Below are positions 24,316-35,484 of a stretch of 64,000 nt of DNA, piece after piece. The DNA comes from Anthoceros angustus (Eukaryota; Plantae; Anthocerotophyta). Below the pieces are notes generated by a model. It did not search any database, was not told the DNA's origin, and was given only the letters and a program-made list of their open reading frames with translations. Location: the NCBI GenBank assembly GCA_010909165.1, contig MU008235.1, forward strand, positions 8,007-72,006. Direction: 5' to 3'. Numbering within the stretch: position 1 is the stretch's first letter; every line of letters begins with the position of its first letter. The translations under genes were made by a program, and so were the position numbers.

Positions 24316-25001
24316 TTATGCCCCTAAGCACGAAACGTGCCCTAAAGTTTGCTAGCCAGTGGGGTCCAGAACCCTCTCGCTAAAACCCCGATCCGTGGCG
24401 GATGTGCGACAGTTCTTCAACATTCCGTAGTATGGTACCTCCCAGGCCTGGCACTTCTGTTGATGACCTGGGCCTGCGTGCCTCTGGCCCTTGCTTAGGT
24501 GACGGGCTGCATCATGATGGTGGATGGAGCCCTCCATGATCCTGCCCCATTCCTTGCGAGCTTACTCCGGGGGACAAGCTGTTGCCAGGCCCTAACTCAC
24601 GGCAGGTTGCTGGGGCCTGCTGCCCTTCATCCGCGGGCCCCTCCTTCCAGGCTTCCCATTCACCTTCACATTTTGTCGAAGCTCGACAAGTTATGGTAGT
24701 ATTGGGGGATGTCGCCCCGTACTCTTGATCTCGATCCTGGCTGTGCTAACGCGTGGTCATTCACCTGCAACAGCTGGAACTCCATTGTGGATTGTTTGGA
24801 GGAATTGCACGATATGGAGGTGTTGCTTGTCAAGATATGGAGGCAGGATCACCACAAGGACGCTTCTGTACTTTGGCGTTTAATTATAAAGCCTGCTTTC
24901 TCGAAAAAAAAAATAGCTCTTTTGAGTGGCTTGGGGGCAAAAATAGAACCATTGGGTTGCCCATGCCTATGTTTCCTTAGCCAATTGTGGATCTCCCTCC
25001 T

Positions 25002-25318
25002 CTTTACACACTTATTTGAACATGGGCGCAATCAAAGGTTGTTTAGTGTTAGCCCTCTTTGGTAAGCAAGTACTTAGACCCAAGAATGAAAATGTTTTGA
25101 AAATACCTATAGGTAGGTAGTCTTCTAGATAGGATCCTCATCTAGAGATACCTATTTCCTGCTCATCTTTACACACTTGTTTGAACATGGACGCAATCGA
25201 AGATTGTTTAGTGTTTGCCCTCTTTGGTCAGCAAGTACCTAGACCCAAGAATGAAAATGTTTCGAAAATACCTATAGGTAGGTAATCTTATAGACATGAT
25301 CCTCATCTAGAGATACCT
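25002..25318 (+). repeat. Direct repeat of about 152 bp, two copies
   Basis: CTTTACACACTT...CTAGAGATACCT at 25002-25153 and 25167-25318. Confidence 0.92.
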
Positions 25319-27168
25319 GTAAAGGAAACGGAACTATATTAGCCTTAATACTTCTATAGATAACTAAATAAACACTTTATTGAGTTTCTTGAAGGCTTTA
25401 TTAGTTTAATTTATCGGGTTAAGAAACCTTAAAATATAGCTTATGTACAAAATACCCAATTCAAGAAAAATATTATATTTTTAATTAAAAACCATTAAAC
25501 TATTTTGATACATGTTGAAATTTCACCTTTTGAAAAAAATAGATTTTCAACGAAGGGCCACCCAAAACTATGCCCCTGCGATACCTATGCAAGTACCTTT
25601 GTACATATTTACAAAATTCAATTCTCACAGATGAGATTCCCTTCATGGTGGATTAGACAGTCCTTCGAGGTTTTTTTATCCTCATTCCTTCATGGTTGAT
25701 TAGACAGTCCTTCGGGTGTTTCTATCACAGCCGAAGCCTAGACCTATAAATCTTCAGAGTCGATTGCCAAAGTAAGTTAACACCCTCATTTGCGTTCTAT
25801 ATCCTTAAATAAATTATTAATAATATATGATTAAATTACATGTACTTTGATGAACGATGTGCATGACATATATTTTATATAATATATTATTATATTTAAA
25901 GAAGTACTCAAATATCAAATAAGCATCCCTTATTTTATGCATAAAGAGTTAAAGCAAAGTATCTTGATATGTGTTAAATGGAAGAGGTGAAGATTCACCT
26001 TTAATGAGCTTCCGTATTTAGTCGTTGACTAGAATGTTTAATTCGTTAATTAGCTCGATGTAGCTCACCAAAAATCTCTTCTACAACTTATAAGTACAAG
26101 GCCCTTTCTTATCCTCCGATCACAAGATTCTTAGGGCAGTAGGTAGTTAGTTTTGAGAAAAATGATCGCGGGAGTTAGTCCCCCATGGCCTGGTCCCCTT
26201 TGTTGGGTTGACCACTTTTTTTCGATGTAGATGATGTTTTTTCCATCTCTTTTCTTTTTACATAAAGTCTCTCCATTCACTACTTATAAGTACAAGAGTT
26301 TTTTCAAGTTCTATTTTAACAAGAAGTGCATAGTAAATATTCTTCATTCACGTAATATTATAATGAAACTTTATGGACCGGAACTCACACCTCAAACATA
26401 TGTGGTAGATTATTTATGTGCATAGCAACTAGATTCTCGAGAACTTATTGACCTTTGACTATTGCACTTCAGCAAGCACTTGGTGAAGCAAACTTGAGAT
26501 TCGCAAACAACCTTCCAAAGAAATTTGTGTATACAACACAATTTTTCATAGATGGAAATCAAACTCGGGCAACACTCATGAATTAAATTTCATGCTACTA
26601 TGAAAATTTTGATGGAAATAAGAAAACAATCTTCGAGTTTATAAAATACTACTACCATATAGGCACATTTCTTGGCTATCAACTCATCACGAATGTATTG
26701 AATGCAAGTTTTACATCTATATATCGTACAATAGAGTAAGGGCAGTTTATAGATATCACATGTACAAGTTTTAAATAAAAAATAGATATATATTTTATAT
26801 AATAAATAAAATAAATCATGTTCGAGTCATGAGTCAACTTCTCTATGAGGCTCCCAAGCTCACATTATCCGTTGTTCTAGCCACCTCCATCTCTACCCTC
26901 ACACTTTCGACTCTGCAACTCGCAGCCAGGCCTGGGCCCTCACCGGGTGGCAAACGTCCCCTTTAAGAGTGATATAGTAGCGAGGAGTTCATTGGAACTC
27001 CATTGTTAAACAACTCTATGGACATATCACTATCGATTACTCTAGCTCTTGTCCTTGGTGCCTTCTCTCTCTCTGTTCTAAAGTCCTTCACTGTTAAGAT
27101 GGGATACTTCGCACCCCGATTTCTCTAGCTCTTGCCTTTGGTGGCTTATCTTTATTCTAAAGTCCTTC

Positions 27169-27412
27169 GGGGCCCTAATATATGATCTTTGCTACCTTCC
27201 CTGCTTGGAGGCAGCCTAATATATGATGTTTGCTGCCTAGCCCGCTTCAGGGCCGCCTAATTTATGATCTTTGCTGCCTGGCCCGCTTCAGGGCCGCCTA
27301 ACATTACGACCTTTGCTGCCGGGCCCGCTTCAGGGCCGCCTAATATATGATCTTTGGCTGCCTGGCCCGCTTTAGGGCCGCCTAATATATGATCTTAGGC
27401 TGCCTGGCCCGC
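27169..27412 (+). repeat. 41-bp minisatellite, 6 units, with internal dyad symmetry
   Basis: Consensus CAGGGCCGCCTAATATATGATCTTTGCTGCCTGGCCCGCTT. Confidence 0.93.
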
Positions 27413-27700
27413 AAAAAGAGCTGCTATTGTAAGCATATGAAGCTCTTCAGAGCCGCCCGATATGGGATGTAAAGTCCTTTGGGTCGTCTAAATCACATCG
27501 GGTGCCATAGCGTCTGCTACCGTTCCTCCAGTCTCTCTGTCTGTGTCTTTTACCACTACCAAACAAAATATGTTCATTGGGGAATCCCACACAACTTATG
27601 ACAGCTCCGGAAACTCAAACATACCGGATGCATGGACGACGCAAGTATTAGTCTAAGCGGCTAGCCCAGGCCACAGGAGACCTGGCTAACCAATGGCAAA

Positions 27701-29530
27701 TCAAAAGATTCCTAAGCTAAGTATCCCGTCTATAAGTCCTTCCTTCTTTTTCTTGTCCTTGTTCTTCTTTTTGTCTTTGCCTTTGCCTTCCTTGCCCTCC
27801 TTGTACTTGCCGTGCTCTCCATACCCATGATGCTCACCCCCCGCTGGGTAGCCTGCTGGGGTATAATGTCCATGCTGAGCCGGAGGATAACCATAGGGGG
27901 CAGGGGCATACCCCGGAGCCGAAGGATAGGGGGTGTGAGGGTAGGCAGGAGCACTGGGGTAGTGGCCCTCCTCGTACTTGTGCTTGTCCTTACCCTCCGT
28001 GTGCTTGTCCTTGCCCTCCTTGTGCTTGTCCTTCCCCTCCTTGTGCTTGTCCCAGTCCTTCCCTTCGCCATGCTTGTCCTTGATCTTGCCCTCCTTGTGC
28101 TTCTCTTTCTCGTGACCTGCAGCAGCATAACCATGCACATCTCTCTCGAAACCTGTTGTAGAATAGCCATGGACCTGAGGAGCTACTGCTCCATACGGCT
28201 GAGGAGGGTATCCCTGTGACGATGGATACCCCTGGGGAGGGTAGTAGCCCGGAGCTTGCGGCGGGTAACCCTGAGGAGGATAGCCGGCTTGGGCAGGGTA
28301 AGCTCCTGCCTGATGAGCCTGATTAGGAGGTGGGTAGGAACCAGGTGGTTGTGGATAAGGGGCAGCTTGGTAGGGCGGAGCAGCAGGACCAGGAGGGGCT
28401 CCGGGATAGGCACCAGGAGGAGGGGGGTAGCCAGCTGGATACGAGCCACCTTGGTGTGGTGGAGGAGCGTGATAGGCAGCACCAGCACCAGCTGCAGCAG
28501 CTGGATGAGGAGGGTAGGCAGATGAAGGTGGGGCATAGGGACCTCCATGGTAAGCTGCTCCTGGAACTGGTGGTCCTGGAGGGTAGGAATGACCACTCTG
28601 CTTTCCAGCTTTGTCCTACACAAGCACCACAAGACATCCACTCATCCCACGTAAGAGGATTCAGCGGAAGCTGCCTGCACCACCAACAAGCAAAAATTCA
28701 GTCTGAAAGCCCGCACCTTGGAACTGAAGGTTAGGCCGACCTTCACCACTCCCTGAGGTCTCCCCGACGGCCGTACGACTGAATAGGCCTGTACTGGAAC
28801 CTTGCCGGCGGAGAAGACGGGAACGAGCGGAATCCTGACCACCATGCACCGGCTCAGTAGAGTCACACAATGAAGCCAAAACCGATCCAAAGATCCACAA
28901 CGGGGGAGAAGAGAGCGACCAACATAAATGCGAGGGAGAAGAGAGCACACAACATAAATGCGGGCGAAGAAGAGAGCAAACAACATAAATGCGGACGAAG
29001 AAGAGAGCACACAACATAATTGCGGGCGAAGAAGAGAGCACACACAACATAATTGCGGGGAAAAGAGGACAGGACGCGGCAACGTACACAGCTCCACCAA
29101 TGTCATCATCCGTGCTGAGCGTGTTCTCATTCAGGATCCGAATGTAGAGCTCTGTGTCAACGTCATCCAGCTGGAAGGTGAAATTTTGGTTCCACACCGG
29201 CCGTGTCCCATGATCTGGCAATCGAAGATGTATCATGTTCGTATCTCACACACATCCAACTACAAATCCAAACACACATCCAACTACAAATCCAAACACA
29301 CATCCACCTTCTCCTACCTTCTGCGGTGAAGGTTCTCACGGCTGGCTTACCCCGAATGGATAAGAGAGCGTATGGATCCGATCTCCCTGTTAACGTTCAC
29401 AAAACAGGCGTCGGCTGCAAGCCACCGGACACACAGCAAAATGAGACACACAACGCATGTTACCGAACACTTCGGGATCCTTGATGCCCTCCGCTCCCAC
29501 CAGGTGCACCTCCAACGTGCCTTTGGGCAT
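27701..29530 (-). CDS. C2-domain protein with Pro/Gly/Tyr-rich and HKEGKDK-repeat tail (about 431 aa, 5 exons)
   Basis: Exons 29530-29464, 29386-29318, 29214-29088, 28834-28717 and 28615-27701, all GT-AG and frame-consistent (1296 nt). Reads MPKGTLEVHLVGAEGIKD, GRSDPYA, PVWNQNFTF, STDDDIGGA, then YPPxPG repeats and KHKEGKDK repeats. Confidence 0.88.
28905..29060. repeat. Intronic 31-bp tandem repeat (5 units) in intron 3 of the C2 gene
   Basis: Unit GAAGAAGAGAGCACACAACATAAATGCGGGC. Confidence 0.9.
29247..29306. repeat. Intronic 24-bp tandem repeat (about 2.4 units) in intron 2 of the C2 gene
   Basis: Unit CACACATCCAACTACAAATCCAAA. Confidence 0.9.
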
Positions 29531-29866
29531 CTTGACGACCTCGAGCTCCTAGCTATGCCAATGCAGACGTCAATGACGTTGATGAGCAGCCGATCTCTCC
29601 TTTCCTTCGGGCGATCCCCTATCTCGCAGCCTCCACGAAGCAGGCGGGCTGAAAAAGTAAACTTGGTGAAGGATGAAGACTCTTGAGCCGGAAGGTCTTG
29701 TTCGCAGGACATTAAAAAATGTACAACTATGAACAGTTTATCTTCTTACTGTATGTAGGTTTGCTGCCCGTAGTAAATCGCGCACCTGATCCGCTCGATC
29801 TCCGCCCGCATGATCAGCTCATAGCATTTTGCCTCCGCTTACAATCTGTGATGATCTGTGATACTC
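29531..29866. promoter_or_regulatory. Putative bidirectional promoter between the divergent C2 and thioredoxin/DUF179 genes
   Basis: Only 336 nt separate the two divergent ATGs. Confidence 0.55.
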
Positions 29867-32800
29867 ATGGGTGTGGTGCAGCATGAAAGGCACTGGGCCA
29901 CCACCCTGCTTCTGCTTCTGCTGCTGCTGCTGCTGACGGCAGATGGCGCACATGTTGACTTTGGGAATGCGAAAGAGGGCTTACGCACCTGGGAGCTCCT
30001 CACCTCGGATAACTTCACCCAGGAAATCCACAAGCATGATTTTTCCCTCTGTATCACCGGAGTTCCATGTGAGTTGCCGCTGCTACCCAGTGAGCTGAAT
30101 CTGAAATCGTGCTTTTTTGGCTCGTGATCGGTGTTGACCAGCGGGAGATCCAGGCATGCAATGCAGCAATCTTCCTGTCTGCTCCTCTGATTAGGGCAAA
30201 GTAAAGTATGGCTGTGCTGATGGATTCATGTCTGTGCCTGCTCTTGAGGGCGTCAGGGTCTGGAGAAGCCAGGAGCTTGATGAATAGGATTGTGAGGCTA
30301 TTGAACTCGGAACCCGCCTCTCTGGCCAAACTCAAGCTCTGGTTTGTCAACAGTAGTAGGGACAAATTCTTGTCGGACTTGCTTTCTAGTGCCCACAGTC
30401 CCTCCTTCACTTTCTTCCGGCAGAATTCTGCCTTCAAGTATAATGGGATACAGACGGCTAAGCATGTGGTGGCCTCCGTGAGGCACGCCATGGCCATTCC
30501 AGATGAAGGTTTGCCATGGAAACATGTGACTTCTTGTTCGGAGCTGGAGGCTCTGGTACAGAGCACGGACAAGGCTGTGGTCCTCGTGGACAGTTGCGGA
30601 TGGGGTATGAGGGCGCTAACGAGGAGCCGAACTCACAAGAGGCAGCAACTTCCTTCCGTAGGATCCGCGCGTCAAGCCGTACTCGACATAGATGGGCTGC
30701 TGACTGGGGAGGAGGGGTGGTCGGAGGAGCTCTACCCGGGTCCGGCTTGTCAGACTGAATCTGCAGGCAAAAGTTTTGGCTTGGAGTGTGAGGAGAATCT
30801 AAGCTCAACCCATTACTGTGGTGTATCAGGTTGTCCACAAGGGCTTGCTTCTCGTGAATACGACAGCCATGGGAGTGTTGAAGAAGCGGGGGATGAAATG
30901 CGACAGCCGTGTGGAGAACCCGTTACTAGGTGGCTGGCCAACGAGAAATCTGCCTGTAGCTTGGCTGAGCTTTATAAGCTTCAGGACTTCGAGGCATGGT
31001 TCCACAATCTTACTAAGGTTGCCTCAGGACATGCTCTGACTCCCCATCGGGCTCAATTCGCTATCGTGACTGAGGAAAAGGTAGCTATCGATGCAGGATT
31101 TCTTGTACCTCAGGATCAGCCCTGGCTTCTTACTGCCAAAGTACACGATTTCAATTGTACTCCACGTATTTTCAATGGTGAGGGTGATGTGGAAGACTTC
31201 CTCTCAAGTTTGTCGCCACTTGTGCGTGAGGTAGTGTCTTCCTTTTCTTGATTTTGCTCGTTCAGGATCTGAGATGTGGCCTATGTATAGATGTCATGCA
31301 ACCTGCTCCCGTGCCCGTTGAAAGGTCATGTCATGGCTCCTGCAATGGGACTCTAGATTCATGCCGCTTGCTATTGCCGTGTGTGACATGTTGAATATGA
31401 ATCGCTTGGTCAGTTCCGATACTATTTTATGGTCAGCTAGCTTGGACATATGGCATTTAGCTCGGCCTTGTTGGCACCCTGCTTGCAGTGACCTCTACTT
31501 CCATGCCGTTATTCCTGGTGACGGAGGTTTCGACGAGAGTTGATGGCAGCAGACAGTTTGATCCTTCCTATGCAGCACATGATTTGGTGCCAATCTCTCT
31601 TGCAGCTTGAAGTTGAAGAAGTCGATACTCAACCAGTTTTCGTGAACGACACACTTTCTGTGGTGCTCTTCATTGATAGGGCATCAGCCTCAGTGGCAGA
31701 GAGCAATGCAGCTTTAAATGTGCTCCGAGTGGTGGCTAGGCATTATGAAGCTTTGGGGTATATGAAACTGAAAACTGCTGACATTATGCCACAAAAGGAG
31801 GTTAGCCAGCAACGGGAGCCTGCAGGTCAGATGCTATTGCATCAAGGAACCAAGTTACTGGCTTTATTGAAGCATGAGGGTAGCACAGAGCCTGAGAGTG
31901 ATGGTCAGTCTATCATGGCGCTGAATGTCCGAGGTGAGCTCAAAGAACAGTTGGAGAGTGGGAAGATCCCGTTGTCACTTCTTGACCAAATTCAAGTGGC
32001 ATTTAAAGCAATCCAGGGCCCAAAGTCAACAAACTTTGCTGCTGTTTCACGTAAACCTGGCTCCCCACAGCAGCCCCATGAGAAGCCTAACAGATTTATT
32101 GATATCAAGGAAACTGAGCGGAGGATTGTCAAGACTGCTGAAAACGTTCATGTGAGGAAAGCTACAAGTGCCTTGCAATCAAAACCTGAAGCGAAGAGTA
32201 AGCATCATGGCACTTCCGAAGAGGATAGCTGTTCGCCCCAAACTAGAGAGGAGTTCTTGGGAGAAGATAACGGAGTAACAACTTCTGACGTTTGGAAGAA
32301 AAAAGGTACGCTGTCTGTACAGTCCAAGCTGGTTGCAACTCGAAAGTGTGCAGCAGGAAAGGAAGCCGATGAAGGAGAGGAAAGTGGCAGTGGTGTGGCG
32401 TCCAAGAGCTGCCACGATGAACTTGGTCAGCCTGTGGGTAACCCCAGTATCCAAGGGGTCTTGCAGGAAGCACCGAATGTGACACTCTCATTTTTCTTTT
32501 GGGATGGTGAAAGCCAACTGAAAGAGAGCTTGACAAGTAGTGCTGTTTGCCCGTCCCTAGTTGTCCTTCATCCTCAGAGGGGTGCACATTATGTATATCC
32601 CCTTGATTTCGTCATCAACGAGAAGGGAGTACTTGAGTTTTTAGATCTTATTTTACATGGGAAGCTGCAGAGCGCGACTATTTCACAACCTGAGCCATTG
32701 CCTGCAAGAAAGTACCCCTGGCCACCCTATGTGAATGACGACTTCCATGAAGCGGGGGCGGTGCCCAGAGTTACTGCTAACAACTTTGAAAGCCTTGTTT

Positions 32801-34263
32801 TGGGCATTGAAGAGCCAGTCATGAAGTGTGGGAGTTTTGTATGCGTCAACAATACCCGAGGGCCTTCTGAAGATAGTAAGGGTAAAATGGTGGAAAAGGA
32901 TGTTGTAGTCCTATTCACCACCTCTTGGTGCGGATTCTGCAAACGTATGGAGCTTATCTTCAAAGAGCTCCATCATGCCATTAGGAGATATTTAACAATG
33001 CTCGATGGAGGGTTTGAAAGCTCTGGCACCCACGGCGGAAGTGGTGAGAACCTCTGTGAACACCAAGGAGGTCAATTATATACTTGCATTTAAGGGTAAA
33101 ATGTAACGTGAGTTAACTTCTGGATGATCTGCAGATGATGTGTCAGGGGACATTCTTCGAACTACTGATGACGGCTTGCCCATTCTCCTTCAAATGGACT
33201 GCGTATTAAATGACTGCGGCTCGAGGCTAAAGCAAGTTCTGCAGGTGGACGGATCTCAATTTGTGTTTTCCTGTGAAGCATTGTTCTTGGTAGGCCATAT
33301 TTCTAAGGTGCAAAATTCCTGTTTGCAAGGTGTAGGAAGAGGTCTACCCGTCACTCGTACTGTTTCCTGCTAAAAGGAAAAGGTCGCCAGTTGTTTACGG
33401 CGGAGAAGCAACCCTTGCTGGCGTGGTGAGCTTTATGCGAGCCCATGGAAAGTCCTCCCCAAATCTCCAACGTCTCACCCAAGGTTTGGAGCATAGCTTA
33501 CTCAAGTGGTTCCTTCCAGGAAGTGCATATAAAAATCATGAAGACTAAAACAGTGAGTTTGATTCCCCGGTACACCTTATACGCCCGGATGTTGTAATTC
33601 GCAGGGAGTTGGAGGAAAGTGGGCAATGCTGGAAGTTGGGAGCCCCGACTAGCAGATCAGTGCCCTGCTCTTAAGCTGCAGCAGACATCCGAAAGTGGCA
33701 CTTACGTTGTTCGGAATTCCCGACTGCAAGGTGGCAGAAGCAGCGGCCCTATCGGTAGGGTGTTGGCGGAGCGTCCACAACATGGGGGTTTCCTGATTGC
33801 GGACGAAAAGCTGGGATCGTCTCCAGTATTTCAGAGTGCAGTTATCCTGGTATTGAGTGCGAATGAGCATGCCGTGTGGGGAGTAATTGTGAACAAGCCG
33901 CTGGTGTGGGAGAATCTGGTGGGCTTCGACCCGGAGCATCAGCGAGTTCTGCAAGCCAGTCCAGTCCATTATGGGGGGCCGAGTGCCGTGCAGGGGAGGC
34001 CCTTTTTGGTTTTGACGCGGGGCGAAAAGTTGGAAGGCTTTGAGGAGGTGTCTCCTGGCCTCTTCTTTGGCGGCAAAGCAGAGTCAGCAGAAAATGTGTT
34101 CGAGCGGGTGAAGTCGGGAGAAGTAGCTGCCAATGACGTGTGGTTGTTTCTGGGTAGTGCCGTGTGGGGATGGCAGCAGCTGGAGCAGGAACTCGCGGGT
34201 GGGTATTGGCAGTTTCTGTCTCCCAAGGACTACAGTTTGCAGTGGCCTGATTCGTCATCGTGA
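29867..34263 (+). CDS. Secreted multi-thioredoxin-fold protein with C-terminal DUF179 (AlgH/YqgE-like) domain, At3g19780-like (about 1176 aa, 6 exons)
   Basis: Exons 29867-30068, 30257-31230, 31606-33043, 33135-33244, 33336-33483 and 33605-34263 are frame-consistent. Poly-Leu signal peptide; WELLTSDNFTQEI..VPWSGEARSL; FTTSWCGFC; MDCVLNDC; EVYPSLVLFPA; FLIADEKL...FQSAVILV...GVIVNKPL...YGGP...FLGSAVWGWQQLEQE. Confidence 0.9.
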
Positions 34264-34668
34264 GGCCAAAGTATTGGGTAGGTAGTCTAGGTGAGAACGA
34301 ACGGCCTGTGGGTCTCACCGCGCTAAGCTAATGCGCCTGGCTTTGTATGTATTCGTACTGGGAGGTAATTTAATGTCTAACAACGTATGTACAAGGTGGT
34401 AGCGCCACGCAACCTACAGAGCTGCCGTATTACGGTAAGTGTACGTACATACATTGACTTGGCCGTGAAACTACCCGCTGTCCATAAAACTGGAGATCCA
34501 CCGCTTGAACTGTTGGAGAGAATGATTCCAGAATCGTAACAAGCAAGGTTTGAGTGGAAGCGAAGGGTCCATGAGCCGGGACTGGGTCACCTGATTCACG
34601 GCCAGCGAAAGCTTTCAGACTCCGAGGGTCTCCTCCGAGCAAGCCTTGCAGCGGAGGAATATTGGGTG

Positions 34669-35363
34669 ATGGAGGCTGGCAAGTTGGAAGTACAGCTAAG
34701 AGGGGCAAAGGGCATCAAGGGCACTGAGGCTTTTGGCTTAGGTAGGCGCCACTCTCCAACACTCTCTTCCTCCTGCTTCCTCATGTAACGCAACGCCTTG
34801 GCCTTGTGCAGGTAAAGCGGACCCTTATGCCAAGCTGAAATGCGGCCGCCAATTCTTCAGAACCAAAACTGCGCAAGGTGGGTGGCATCCCGCCTCAACC
34901 CATCTGTAATTTCCTTTCAAGCTTTGTTTGCCCAGCTGACAGTGCCCCACCACCTTCCTTCCTTCCTTCACCATGCCTTGTTATGCTCTTGGCAGATCAA
35001 GGGTCGTGTCCAGTGTGGAATGAATCCTTCGTCTTCGATATTCAAGAGAATGCTTCCGAGTGGCTGTACATCGAAATTTACGACGAGGACATGATGCTGG
35101 ATGACGATCTGGGCACAGCCAGGTACCTAAAAGTGCGTTTGGGCTGTGTGGCAAAGGGTAATCCATTGGGCTTGACTAATTCTGGACACTGATGAATTTG
35201 TGCAGGATATTCCTGTCCCGGGTTCTCAAGGATAACAACAACGTGGTTCCTGAGTCCGAATTCTACGTCATGTACAAGGGCAAGATCAGGGGATGTGTGC
35301 AATTATCGCTCACCTTCACACCCCTCCGGACAAGCTTGTAGGCCGTGGGAGACAGAAAAATGA
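34669..35363 (+). CDS. Single C2-domain protein (elicitor-responsive ERG-like), 4 exons
   Basis: Exons 34669-34741, 34812-34877, 34996-35122 and 35206-35363. Reads MEAGKLEVQLRGAKGIKG, GKADPYAKL, PVWNESFVF, IEIYDEDMMLDDDLGTA, GCVQLSLTFTP. Confidence 0.88.
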
Positions 35364-35484
35364 TGTGAACAAAATAGCTCTTGGAGTTGTGTGGATAAGG
35401 ATGCCCGTGCCTTGATTGTGAGATAGTCTTTAGAGCATCCTAGTTCAACGAACAGCAAAGTGAATCGCGTGAATCGCAGCTCAC

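Noticed and set aside
24709-25065. Possible hAT transposase fragment (SWNSIVDCLEEL, similar to TRWNS)
   Set aside because: A single weak motif with no supporting domains or termini.
27169-27412. Palindromic repeat array as a CRISPR
   Set aside because: The units are contiguous with no unique spacers, there are no cas genes, and the context is eukaryotic.
28183-29236. Alternative ORFs 28183-28641, 28256-28525, 28642-29130 and 28661-29236
   Set aside because: They are off-frame, antisense or intron read-through products of the spliced C2 gene.
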